DNA of 64,000 nucleotides, from positions 62,001 through 126,000 of the forward strand of contig NIVC01001246.1 in assembly GCA_002269645.1 (NCBI GenBank), given 5' to 3'. Both the position numbers and the translations under genes were made by a program. Position 1 is the first letter of the stretch. Every line of letters begins with the position of its first letter. Origin of the DNA: Macrostomum lignano. Taxonomy: Eukaryota. This document shows, piece after piece, positions 12,690 to 26,400 of this stretch. A model generated the notes under the pieces. It was given only the letters and a program-made list of their open reading frames with translations, was not told where the DNA came from and searched no databases.

Positions 12690-13700
12690 CTTTCACTCGA
12701 GTCGCAGATGGTGCCAGCGGTCTGCTAGGAGGTCTTAAAAGCCCTAAAACATTTGCTGCGTTTCCCAGCCCTTTGAATAACAGAATGAATAAATAAAAAC
12801 TCCGTAACTCCAGTTTGTCACGATGCACTTTAATGGGTGGTCTGCACGAGCCGACCCGGCCATGCGACCTCCGGGTCCACAAGTTCAAACCAGTCTGATC
12901 TAAGTAGACAGTGTGAACTCCTGGAGCTAAGTGGGAGCATGAAGCTAGCCTAACTTTCTTCTGGCGTCCTGCCAGGCTTTCCACTCGGTTGGTGTTCTGG
13001 CGTACATGTACATCCGTCCCCTCTTTAGAAAGTTTGACCAGGGGCGTCGCCATGGATTTTATGGGGGGGGACAAAGCAATGAATTTTACACATACATGTA
13101 CCTGACTAAATTTCTACTATGTACATTTTTTGAGAACCGGTGTTGTCAGCGCTCATTTTGGCATCGCAGCCACCTATTTTAGCGCCGCAGGCACTCATTT
13201 TAGCTCCCTGAAACAAAATTATTGCTTTACACAGAGAAGAGCATTGTCACCTTCCCCATAGCCTTCACTGGGGGGGGGACATGTCCCCGCTGCCAACAAC
13301 AATGGGTGGTTGGGCCTTTATGGTCAAACTCAGGGGCGTCGCCAAGGCCCAACCACCCATTGTTGTTGTTCAATCAAACGTTTTAAGACTCACATGCGGC
13401 TTGGCAGGAAAGCGTCCGACCGGCTTCTCAGTCATCGATTTTAGCGTCAGAAAAGGATTTCGTTTGCTGCACCTGCAAAAATTTCGTATTTCTGCGTTCA
13501 TTTTGCAAATTTTTTTCCTGTGCCCTCCGCGACACAAATCTTCCAACCTGCAGGCTTGTTGGAACATTGACCGAATGCAGTGAACAGAATTTTTCGATAC
13601 TCCTAACAACACTGATACAAATACAGCAAGTGGGATAAAAAGTCCCTCGTTAATGCCGAGAAGTTCAGAGACCATGCAGCATCTTGAGGGAAAGCATGAA
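12690..13700 (-). mobile_element. Degenerate Tc1/IS630-like transposase fragment, interrupted by a MITE
   Basis: Minus-strand HTH-like LLGVSKNSVHCIRSMFQQACRLEDLCRGGHRKK..KRNPFLTLK and first catalytic-Asp motif VYLDQTGLNLWTRRSHGR. Both fall in one frame once the insertion at 13039-13343 is removed. Confidence 0.65.
13039..13343. mobile_element. hAT-type MITE (TIR caggggcgtcgcc, TSD agtttgac) whose right end is inverted
   Basis: Left: agtttgac 13031-13038 then caggggcgtcgcca. At 13323-13343 gtcaaact-caggggcgtcgcc is the reverse complement of the expected ggcgacgcccctg-agtttgac. Confidence 0.75.
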
Positions 13701-14239
13701 CTCTGGCTGAAAGTGCAAGACTCGAAGGAAATTATGCGATCTTGACGTTGGAACTTAGCGCTGAAAATGAGGCTTTCACTGAAATCAAGCAGGTAAAAAA
13801 ACAATCGCTGCAAGAGTGTTCAAACTCAGAAGAAAGCTGCTATAAACTGGTGTTAGGTCAAGCAAAGAAATCGTAAAAAGTGCGATAGTTGAGGACAGAA
13901 TGCCAGGTTCAAGAATAGGCTCTGAGGCGAAGCGGTAAGGATATTTTGGAGAAGGTCAAGGTAAACGGCAGCTGTGACGCGCCATCATCAAGCTCGAGTG
14001 TCAGCTCGAATCGTCAAAGAAAGATTAAGATGGCTAGAAAGCCATCGACGCAATTAAGCCCTGGGTTTCATTTTTATAGAAAAGTCTAAAGGATATACTT
14101 GTTTCCAGGAATGCAACCAAATTTATTTAAAATACTGTGTCGCTTAAGCCATTAAAGTAATTTTGCTGTGCCTACTCTATTTACGCTCGTACTTGCTGTG
14201 GCAAGTACTGTGGCTGAGAAATTTAAAGCCAAGCGACGC

Positions 14240-16510
<2,271 letters not shown>

Positions 16511-17011
16511 TTTTCCTTCACTTTTGTAAGATTGGAGGTCGCACGCATTTTGCATTTATTTTTTTTTCGTTTTTGAAATGAATTTATTGACTGTCTGTTT
16601 GGACCAAAAAAAGTTACGAACTATCTTTCATATGTAGTTTAGGACACAAAATAATTTTTAAGCAAGTTTTAACTTTAAACAACGAAATGAAATTTACTAA
16701 GAAACTGAATTGATAAGAAACTAAATTTATTCTTTTCTGGTACGGCTCGCTCAGTGTGTGGAATTGCGTGTGATTGTACTGGCTCTGTACTTAAGACTCA
16801 CCGCAGTGAAATTTTAAGGTAGAGATTCTCGTACATTGAAAAACACAGTATATATGTACAATTCACACACTAATTTAGTCCCAGATCAGCGAAAATTCAT
16901 ACGATACGCGTATACACGAACTACCCCAAACGCCTAAACCACGCGAGAGAATACTGTATTAAGAATTTGGAAGTCGGTTCTTCAAACTTTCAAAGCGGCA
17001 CTTTGAGTAGC

Positions 17012-19418
17012 ATGAGTTCCAGCTGTGCAAATCATGGATCAGAATTATTAGACAGGATTGACTCATTAACCATTCAGCTTGTAAAGGTTTTTGATGGCGA
17101 TATAGTACCGGAAGAACCTGGCATCAGCACCACCTTGTGAGTTTTACTGGTTGAATTATCTAGTAAATGTTGTGTCAGCGTATTGTTTATGAAATTTTTT
17201 GTGTAGTTAATTCTGTTAATAGGTGCTTTTTTACTACCTTAGGCTCAGCAGAATCTCTTCCTTACCAGGGCCATCGGATTCTGAGTAAGTTTTTTGAATT
17301 AGTCTACCTTATCTAAGTCTCTTTTCACATTTGAATAAAAGTGCAATTAATTCTACTTTTGAAACTATTGTTTTTCACCAACGATGGCTGATTTTCAGGC
17401 CATCTGCGGAGGAACCAATTGACATTTCAATTCCACCAACGAGAGAAGTGGCCACCGAGACAGTTGAACCAACAGAACACGAATGCCTGTCACGAATTCG
17501 ACAAGAGCGAGACGGATTGAAGGCTCAATGCTTAGAAATGGAGCAGTGCATTAATAAAATGGAAAATAAATTGAAGGAACTTGAAAGAATAAAACACATC
17601 AACGGCTCACTGGAATCCCAGTTGAAGCGCGAAACTTGGCAAGTGACCACCCTGCAGGCTTCAAAGCAAAACTTTGAAAAACAGTTGAAACAGTTGACTC
17701 AGGAAAATCAGCTACTGAAGTCTCATATAGCTGACTTGTCGGCCCAATGTGATGAGAGCAGAAAAAATGCTGAGGAAGCTCAGGCCATGGCCGAGCAATC
17801 AAATGCTAAACTGGCAGATTCGCATCAGTGGTGCGATGCACTACAAGAGGCTCTGAACCACAGCAAGACTCAACTGGAAGCCAAGGCAGCCTCTGAGCAG
17901 CAGCTGAGACGAGACATCGAAGGCCTCAGCAGTCAAAGAGAAAGAGAAAAGAATACTCTGCTCAAAAATAGTCAAGCCCTAAACAAGAGGAATACGGACT
18001 TAGTTGCACGGCTTAAGGAGCGAGAGGAGGCTCTTCATCAATGTCGTCAGGCCAAGACGTCGTTGGAGTCAAAGATAGATCGTATGACTCAAGCTATGGA
18101 AAAACTGGAAACTGCCAAACAGAGTTTACAGCAGACCGCACAGAAGCTGAGAAAGGAAAATCAAATGCTTCAATCTCAGTTGCAGACTCTCAGTGACGTG
18201 AATAAAGTTTCTGAGCAGAATTTTGAAGAGTTGAGGAAAAAATTCAATAGTTTATTGACTGCATTTGAAAAGCAAGAGGAGGCTCTTGTTAATGCAAATA
18301 AGCTAAAGGAATCGCTGGAGACCGAAGTCAAGGAAAAGACGTTGGCCCTTGTTGAGCAAAAAAATTCGGAGAGCAGAATTCAAGCAGAATTAACGGAGGC
18401 CCGGTCGGTTGCTGGTGAATTAGAAAACAGGTTCACTGGGCTATGGAAGAACTATGAAGCTCAAACTAGATTCCTAAACCAAAGTAAAGAGTCTATACTG
18501 TTGCTAGAAAGCCAGCTTAAAGATAAGGACTCAGTTTTGACGGAGCTGGAAATTAGGTGTCGAAATCTTCAAAAAGATTTGGCGCAGGTTTGCTTAGAAA
18601 AGCAAAAGTTAAATTTGATACATAGCAGCCTATGCCGCGATAGTGAAGAAAAGATTCAGCAACTTCAAGCCAAGAATGAAAATATGGCCGAGAAAAACCA
18701 CGAGCTACAGGATGAGCTGAATAAAGCTACACAGAACCTTGATCAAAAGACTGCTCTGGAGCGACAACTGAATCATACAATCGCTGTTCTGCATGAAAGA
18801 CTCAACCGCCATGCTGAAGAATCGGACAACAGGCTGAAGGAAGCGACGCGAATTCAGAATGAGCTGTACGGGAAAGTTTGCCAACATCAGAATCTTAGAC
18901 AGAAATGCGAGAAGGAACTCGTTGCATTGAAGGTGCAACTGGAACGCAATAAACGTCAGTTGCATTCGACCCAAGATAGGATGCGACGAGCAGCTGCGTT
19001 GCTTTTCCATACAACTGATTGTGGACCCTCTGCTCAGCCTTTTAGGCCGGAAAGTACAAGGGGAAAAGTCGAAAACAATGATGTCATGAGACATGATAGT
19101 GAATTATCGGCTGAGCATTTGGCGACGCATTCTAGAAAACAGGAGGTGAAAACAAAACTGTTTCAGGTGCAGAATAATCTAGAACAGGCAGTCCAACTCT
19201 TGCTGCTGTCGGCTGAACGCCTTCAACAATCGCAGGAAGTGGGAGATGAACTTCATCATTGTTCGGATGACTTGGAAACAGAAATGGATGCACTGAAACA
19301 GCAGCTGCTTGAAGTCAAAAGACGACTTGGTAACGTCGTTGAGACATTTAAGTACGTGCGTCAACGACTCTGTGATGAACTGAACTTATCAACTGTCATT
19401 GGGCAAAATGCTCACTGA
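17012..19418 (+). CDS. Coiled-coil family paralogue 4, ~728 aa, apparently intact
   Basis: Exons 17012-17136, 17243-17284, 17399-19418 with phase-2 GT-AG introns, in frame with the 695-aa ORF; closely similar to paralogue 2. Confidence 0.85.
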
Positions 19419-20558
19419 CTCGGGTCTACTCAAGAAAACTTACAATCTAGCCTGACAATCTTAAAACATCAATTCTGTTCGTGTTCATCCGACTGGGTTA
19501 TTCCGGTTTCTTTAATGATGGTTTCAATTGAAAGTCAAAGATGCAGTCTATCTGCAGTTCATTATGAGGCTATTCCTAAAAATTTATTCTAGAACCAGAA
19601 TCTTTTGGGAAAAGAAAAGGTAGAAAAATCTACACATATATGTGCTATCTGTAAATACTTTTGTTCGGAACTATCCTTATGCAAATCTCTTAATTTATTT
19701 ATATCTATCGACTGCGACAAATACTCGTAATTAAATGCGGGAAACAATTTTGTTGCTAGAATCACAATGCCACAATCAAGACTATGTTTTGAAGTCGTAA
19801 TCCTTTAAATATCCTTTAAAGAAAAACCCTTTTTTGCGACGTCTGAAGCTGTTGAATTTCGGTTTTGCTTGTTATTTTTAGACTTACAAGCAGAAAGTGT
19901 TCCAAATCCAAATCACAGGAATTTGTTGTGCCTTCGTAGCAGATGTGATATTTTAAAATACATTTTCCTTTATGTTCGGTCAGATGAAAACAGGAAATTA
20001 CACTTGGAATGTCACTTCACTCGTTTTTTTCTGTCAATGCGTTAAATTATTTTTTTTTCGGATTTTCAAACTGGACTGCTGACTGACTTACTGCAGCGCC
20101 TGACCGCCACCCCAGAGCATTGGCAGAGCGGTTGACTTAACAGCTCACTAAACAGTATACGAGTATACACGTAATAAAGCTTTCGTTTCCAGCAAAATGC
20201 TAGCTCATATAAAGTACAATTTATTGAGTTTTGAAGTATTGGGTAGAATGCATAGACAGATACAGACGTACCAGTGAGCAATGGAACAGTGTACTCCGTA
20301 TGGAACAGTGTACAAGACATAGTTTCTTCTACCCTGCACTGGACCCTGGCTGTACAACAATGTACTCGTAGATAACGTACACGTCAAAAACTAACGCTAA
20401 AAAGGAACTTTCTCGGAATTATTTTGGTTTTTTCATGTATACACTTTAGGAATGCACCCACTAGCATAAAAAGTCTGCACAAACTCAGCTACCAATACCG
20501 ACTGTGTTCTATCATTTTTGAAATTTTGAAAGACTTGACTTACACAAATCATAACAGG

Positions 20559-21978
20559 ATGATTGAATCACTGGTGAGCCAGTTGACCCAGTCGAATGAC
20601 CTGATGAAATCTCAGTGAGTTATATTGTATCTATTTATACCTTCCATTTCTCGCTAACTGTTTTGCTACTGTGTCTTTTCAACTCTTTAGACTTGAGCAG
20701 CTGCGGAAGGAGTGTAAAAAGCTGCAAACTGGTTGTAGCCCGTACAACAATCCGACGTATCTGACCGACGTCGTGCGACGTCTGTGTGACATTGCGTGTT
20801 TCCTGTTGGTCGGACGTCGGGCTGACGTCGAGGTCGTAGTCGAAAAATTAAATTCGCCTTAATTCACGTTATTCGCCTTAAATAATTAAATTAAGCATAA
20901 CAGTATTGCTTGCCAGTTCATCCCGCGAAAATAAATGTTAAAGCAGCGCGAAATAAATTTTTGGACTACGACTTCGACGTCGGCCCGACGTCCGACCGGT
21001 AGGAAGCACGTGATGTTGCATGGACGTCGTGCGACGTCGGTTCAGAGGTCGGTGCGACGTCGGATTGTTGTACGGGAGTAGGTAAGTTGCCTTCACTATT
21101 AAACTTTTCTCTCTGCCAAATAAAAACCATGTTGATCATTGCTCTTAACTTCTCAACAAATCGAATATTTCAGTCTAAGAGCGGACACAGATGAAATCCA
21201 GCTAAAGTCGGAGGAGAGATTCGAATTCGAACGCAGACTCAGGCTCAAGGACATGCAACTGGAAGAGCAGTCTCGCACACTGCTGACTCTAGAAGCTCGG
21301 ATATCCTCATTGGAAGCCGAGATTGAGAAGCAGAAGCAGAAGTATCGAAGCCTGAGTCAGCAGCGAGATGAAGCATTGGAGCTGGTAGAGCAGCTGCGAC
21401 AGCGTCTGGACATGGATGACGGCAACGCAAATGGCGGTTCAGTGGATCCTGGGAGCAATGCTTTAGTATCGCAGAGCACTTCCGATGATGAAACCAGAGA
21501 AGTTGAAAGCCTCAGACAGCAGCTGCTCGAGTCCAATAAGAAGCGCGATGACGTCATCAAAGCGGCCGAGCAGATGCGTCAGAGGCTTGAAGAAGAGTTG
21601 GGCAAATCGGCGACTGCTCATACCGAGCTGGAGCAGTTGAAGCTTGAGCACGCAAAGCTGCGCAATGACTACTCGGGTATGGAGCGGACAATGACCGAAA
21701 TGCTGACTAGAGAGCACGAGTTGAACACGCAGCTGACGGAGGCTCAGGGGAAACTGAGACAGGCTGAGGAAGCAATCGGATGGTTCAAGCAAGAGCTGCC
21801 TCGAAAAGATGGCGAAATCGCGAATCTGACTGATGAGGTCCACACGCTGAGAGAAAGAGTCAACACCCTGCTTGAGAACTTGGCTGGCCAGGAGCAGCTC
21901 AATAATTACCAGTCCGGAAACGATCTGCTTAACAAACATCGCTCCATGAGACCGCCTGGTGGTGGTGGCAACTTGTAA
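20559..21978 (+). CDS. Divergent coiled-coil family member 5 (~300 aa); MITE inserted at the end of exon 2
   Basis: Exons 20559-20614, 20691-20738 (original donor now at 21082), 21174-21978; phase 2/2. Shares RQQLLE...RQRLEEEL with paralogues 1, 2 and 4 and LRLKDMQLEEQSR with member 6. Confidence 0.65.
20739..21078. mobile_element. Foldback MITE, ~340 bp, ~110-120-bp imperfect inverted arms
   Basis: cccgtacaacaatccgacgt ... acgtcggattgttgtacggg; flanked by TAG (20736-38 and 21079-81), so TSD TA or TAG. Confidence 0.85.
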
Positions 21979-22408
21979 ATGATAATTTTTCTGTGGAAAT
22001 TACAAGCTTATCTGGCGAATAGCAAATTTCAGGGATGTTTTTAATATTAAATAAAAATTAAATTACTGGTTATTTTATTATCAATGAATTTTTTGAAAAA
22101 CGTGTCTTAATGATCAAATACAAACGTAGTAGTTTTTCTTTACTGCCGCTCAACACTAGGCTATAAATCTCTGTTTTGATAAAAAATTTTGACTTATGCG
22201 GTTATTTAACCTATCCTAGTCTAAATTTATGACAAGCCATTTTGCGTAAATAGAGCTTAAAGATGTAGCAGGACCTTTTACAGCGACGATGTATAATTTC
22301 GGGTTGGTGGTACTCTAGCGTTTTGAAATTTCGGGCCTATGAAAGTGTCTTTCGACTCTGTGACAATACGGCATTTCGAAACACTCATATTCCGAGGACG
22401 GTGCCTTC

Positions 22409-22830
22409 AGGACAGTGTCCCTAGGAAACTGCCCCTAAGACACTGCCCCTAGGACACTGCCCCTAGGACACTGCCCCTAGGACACTGCCCCTAGGACACT
22501 GCCCCTAGGACACTGCCCCTAGGACACTGCCCCTAGGACACTGCCCCTAGGACACTGCCCCTAGGACACTGCCCCTAGGACACTGCCCCTAGGACACTGC
22601 CCCTAGGACACTGCCCCTAGGACACTGTTCCTAGGACACTGCCCCTAGGACACTGCCCCTAGGTCACTGCCCCTAGGACACTGCCCCTAGGACACTGCCC
22701 CTAGGACACTGCCCCTAGGACACTGCCCCTAGGACACTGCCCCTAGGACACTGCCCCTAGGACACTGCCCTAGGACACTGCCCCTAGAACACTGCCCCTA
22801 GGACACTGCCCCTAGAACACTGCCCCTAGG
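22409..22830. repeat. 14-bp minisatellite (aggacactgcccct)n, ~30 copies
   Basis: Direct reading. Confidence 0.95.
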
Positions 22831-23429
22831 AAAGTTCCCGCAGGACATCCTTCAAAAGCTCCAGGAAAGCCAGCATCGACTGTGAACCAGTATCTCAACG
22901 CTCTCTGCATGCATACTATAATTGTCAATTAATAAAAATTGACACTTTTTGAGTTAGCACCCAGTTTTGTTAAAATGTACGCGCACATCGTACCTTGTTC
23001 TTGTACTCACTGAGGTTAACTTGGTGTAAGTATGGATAGGTGGAAACGAAATTACTGCACAAATTTCTATTGCAACTATTAACGAACGAGTTTGTTCATT
23101 GCTTTTGCAGCGTCAAAATGTCTACTCAAAGCAGACAGAAGCTCAAATAATGTGCGTTAGCAAACAGGTCCAACCGCTTAACTATTCGACCGAGTACAGG
23201 TGTACAAGTACTCAAAGAAGGCGGTGCAGTCTGTAAAGGCAAAAAATGTTGTACACATAAAACTATAGTTTTTGACGCTAAAACTGTCTCCAGATAACAC
23301 TTAGAAAGCGGGGTTAAATAAATTAAAACACAAACTGCTCCGTTGACTGTCTTCTTTCGTAGCTGTTCTATAGAATTGACAAAATATTGTTTTAAAACTA
23401 CACTAAGATTCAAGGACGCTGCCTTAGGA

Positions 23430-26400
23430 ATGAGCCATAACAGCAGCGATTCCCAATCTGACATCCTTGAATCATTAAGTTTGCAGCTGAAAGAGTTAAA
23501 CAGTTCGAGTTTGCAACTATTCGATGCAAGGTAAGTAGCTTTCAATCCAATTCATAAAAATCGGTTACGACCGTAGTAAATGTATCAATAACATGATGTA
23601 ACAATATAAGTTATAGAAATATACACAATATTATTTAAATGCAAGCATTAATGGACAAGCCGTGTACCTCGCGGTTTAGGCTACTGGTTTTATATTAAGG
23701 ATTTTAAGTGGAGTTTACTGGTTTGAGATTTTGGTAGTTCGCTGCCACCAGGTTCCTGCTGTTCCCTAATTCTAGCTTTAGGCTTAAAGAACTCAGTCAG
23801 GACACCAATAAAGTTAGTTAAAACAAGTTTACTAAAAGAAGTAATTAAATGTTACGGTACAAAAGGTTGGTCTTCTTTTACAGTAACTCCCTATTTCCCT
23901 ATGTGCTCTGGGCAAGACCCTTAATTAGTTTTAGAGGCAAGACTCCTCTGTTCAAGCCTAATTTATATCCCTTCTTTTACTTCCCCTTCTTACACTTCCT
24001 TTCGTGAATTTTCTAAGTTAAATGTCCGAGGACGGGAGGAGATGCTTTCCCAAGAGCCCAACTGCTATGTAGTTCTAAAGGAATCCCAAAACTAGCGATT
24101 TTCCCCTACTCTAATTATTTCCCCGGGCTGAAGCTACTGATAGTAGGCAAAAAGCATATTTGAACCCACAATAATTCCCGTTCCTAAAATAATGCCCTAC
24201 TACATTAATAAAAATCACTCTTCGAGTATTTAATCTCCTTTAGCATTGATTAGGGGGTTGTAGCCTTGTTTTTAGAGCGTCGAACTCGCGACTTGAAGGT
24301 AAGGGGTTCGATTCCCTATCCCACTGAAACAATTTGTGCCAAGCTGTAAAATGGGTGCCAGCATTAGCTGGGGTAATTGAGGGTGTGTGTGGCGACCCCC
24401 CCCCCCCCCAGTCATTGGCTGAAAAGCCGTACGCAGCCTTCAGATGCACCGCATGCACGATTGCTGCGGCTGAGCTGTCGGTTGCACATCTACTATTATT
24501 AGCATTCGGCAATCTCTTAGCCATGACACATTCACCGAATCTTAAAAATTTCTTATTTATTAGTTCAATTTTAGTGAAAAACAGTTGATATAGTTTTTTT
24601 CCGAAAAATCAGTTGCCTATCCAGATAGACAGCCGCAAACAGTTGCCATTTTCGGATAAATGAGAGAAATTATACAGGGCTTCGTACTTACAGTACTAGC
24701 TTAACAATTTCAAACCTTCCCGACATACAATGAGCAATTAAAAACATAAAATACTTGGTCTGGTAGTTTATAAAACTTGATTCACATCTGCATTAGCTTA
24801 ATTTAAAAAAATATCAAGAAACGCAGTTTCTTGGAACTCAGTTTTCAAAAACAAAAATTTTCAGTGTTTCGACGTGTTTTATTGAGTTTCACTCATTTCA
24901 GATTTCATATTTTAGAACCGAGCAGCCTGAGAACGAGCCGAAGCAGAAAATTTCCGATGCATTGAGCAACCTTGACTCATTTGAGACGAGTAAGCTGCAC
25001 TGGTTAACTTTTAACCCAGCGTCATCGCATTTTATCACCTATACTTCCACTTATTTTTCATTTTAGACAAAGACAAAAAAATCAGCATGCTCAGAATTCC
25101 ATGAGACAAGCAAGAGATGAAGGAAATGACACTGCAGTATCTGATTCGTTAAGGGAGCTTTCAGAGAAGCTCGAGAATCAACTTAAAATGAAAGATTACC
25201 AGCTGGAGCAGCAAAGCCGCAAAATTCAAGATCTGCAATCAAGAATATCCTTTATGGAAGCTGAAGCTGAAAAGTTGCGACGCGATTCAACTGTTCAACG
25301 CGACGAGTCGATGCAGTTCACTAAGAAGCTTGGAAAGCGACTTAATATCGATGTGGGCAGCTTAGTCCCAACTGCCGAGCTGAGACCTAAAATGAACCAG
25401 CCGAATCCACAGAGTTGTACCAAAGACAATCCTAGACAGATGCCGAAGGTGATGATGTCTGCTTGTATTTCCTCGCGATGTGAGGTGGAAAAATATCCTG
25501 ATGAGCCGATGTCCATCAACTTAGGGAAGATTGAAAGACGTAAGCAATTGACAAAATCCTTTCATTCTGAGCAACAGACTACACAACTGGCAGTTGATGG
25601 CAAGTTTCAAAAGGAAAAGCAGAAAGAACAAGTCGCTGATCTTGAAGCTAAAAACCTGAAACTACAAGCTGAAGTGACGCGATTGCAAGCGGAAAATGAT
25701 CGGTTAAAGACGTCGGATACTCAAGTAACAGATCAGTCAACTGAATTCAAGAACGCTATTCAGAAAATAGAGTCCCTGGAAATGCAGCAGAAAGAACACG
25801 CAGACGAACAAGAACGTCTATCAAAGCAGCTAGGTGAACTTGAAGCAGAAAATGTTGATCTAAAAGAAGAAATGCAACGACTACAAGAGAATAACAATCA
25901 GTTGAAGTCGACCGAGGCTTATTTGACAAAGCTGAGCACTCAACAGCAGGAAGATATCCATAATAGCGAGGCTTTGATCCAGCAACAGAAGCAACAAATT
26001 GCTCGCGTTGAATCAAAAAATGTTGATCTACATCAAGTGGAAGAAGAATTGAAGCGACTGCAAGAGGAGAACAATCAATTGAAAGTTTCTGAGACTCAGC
26101 TAAAAGAGCAGTGCACTAAGCTTCAAAGAGATATTCATGGTAGTAAGACTGTAATTGAGCAGCAGAAAGAACAGGTAGGTCAACTTGAAACCAAATACGT
26201 TGAGCTGCAAGAAGAACTGAAGCGACTGCAGAAGGACAACGATTTTTTAAAGTCATCAAAGACTCAAATGGAAGATCGGATCGCTGAATACAAGAAAGAT
26301 ATTCAAAGCAGCAATACTCAGCTGGAGCAGCAGAAGGAACAAGTAGCTAATCTTAAAGAAAGAAACCTAAAACTACAAGCAGAACTGGATCAGTTGCACA

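Noticed and set aside
23640-24230. Solo-LTR-like sequence in member 6 intron 1
   Set aside because: No paired TG...CA termini, TSD or second copy identified.
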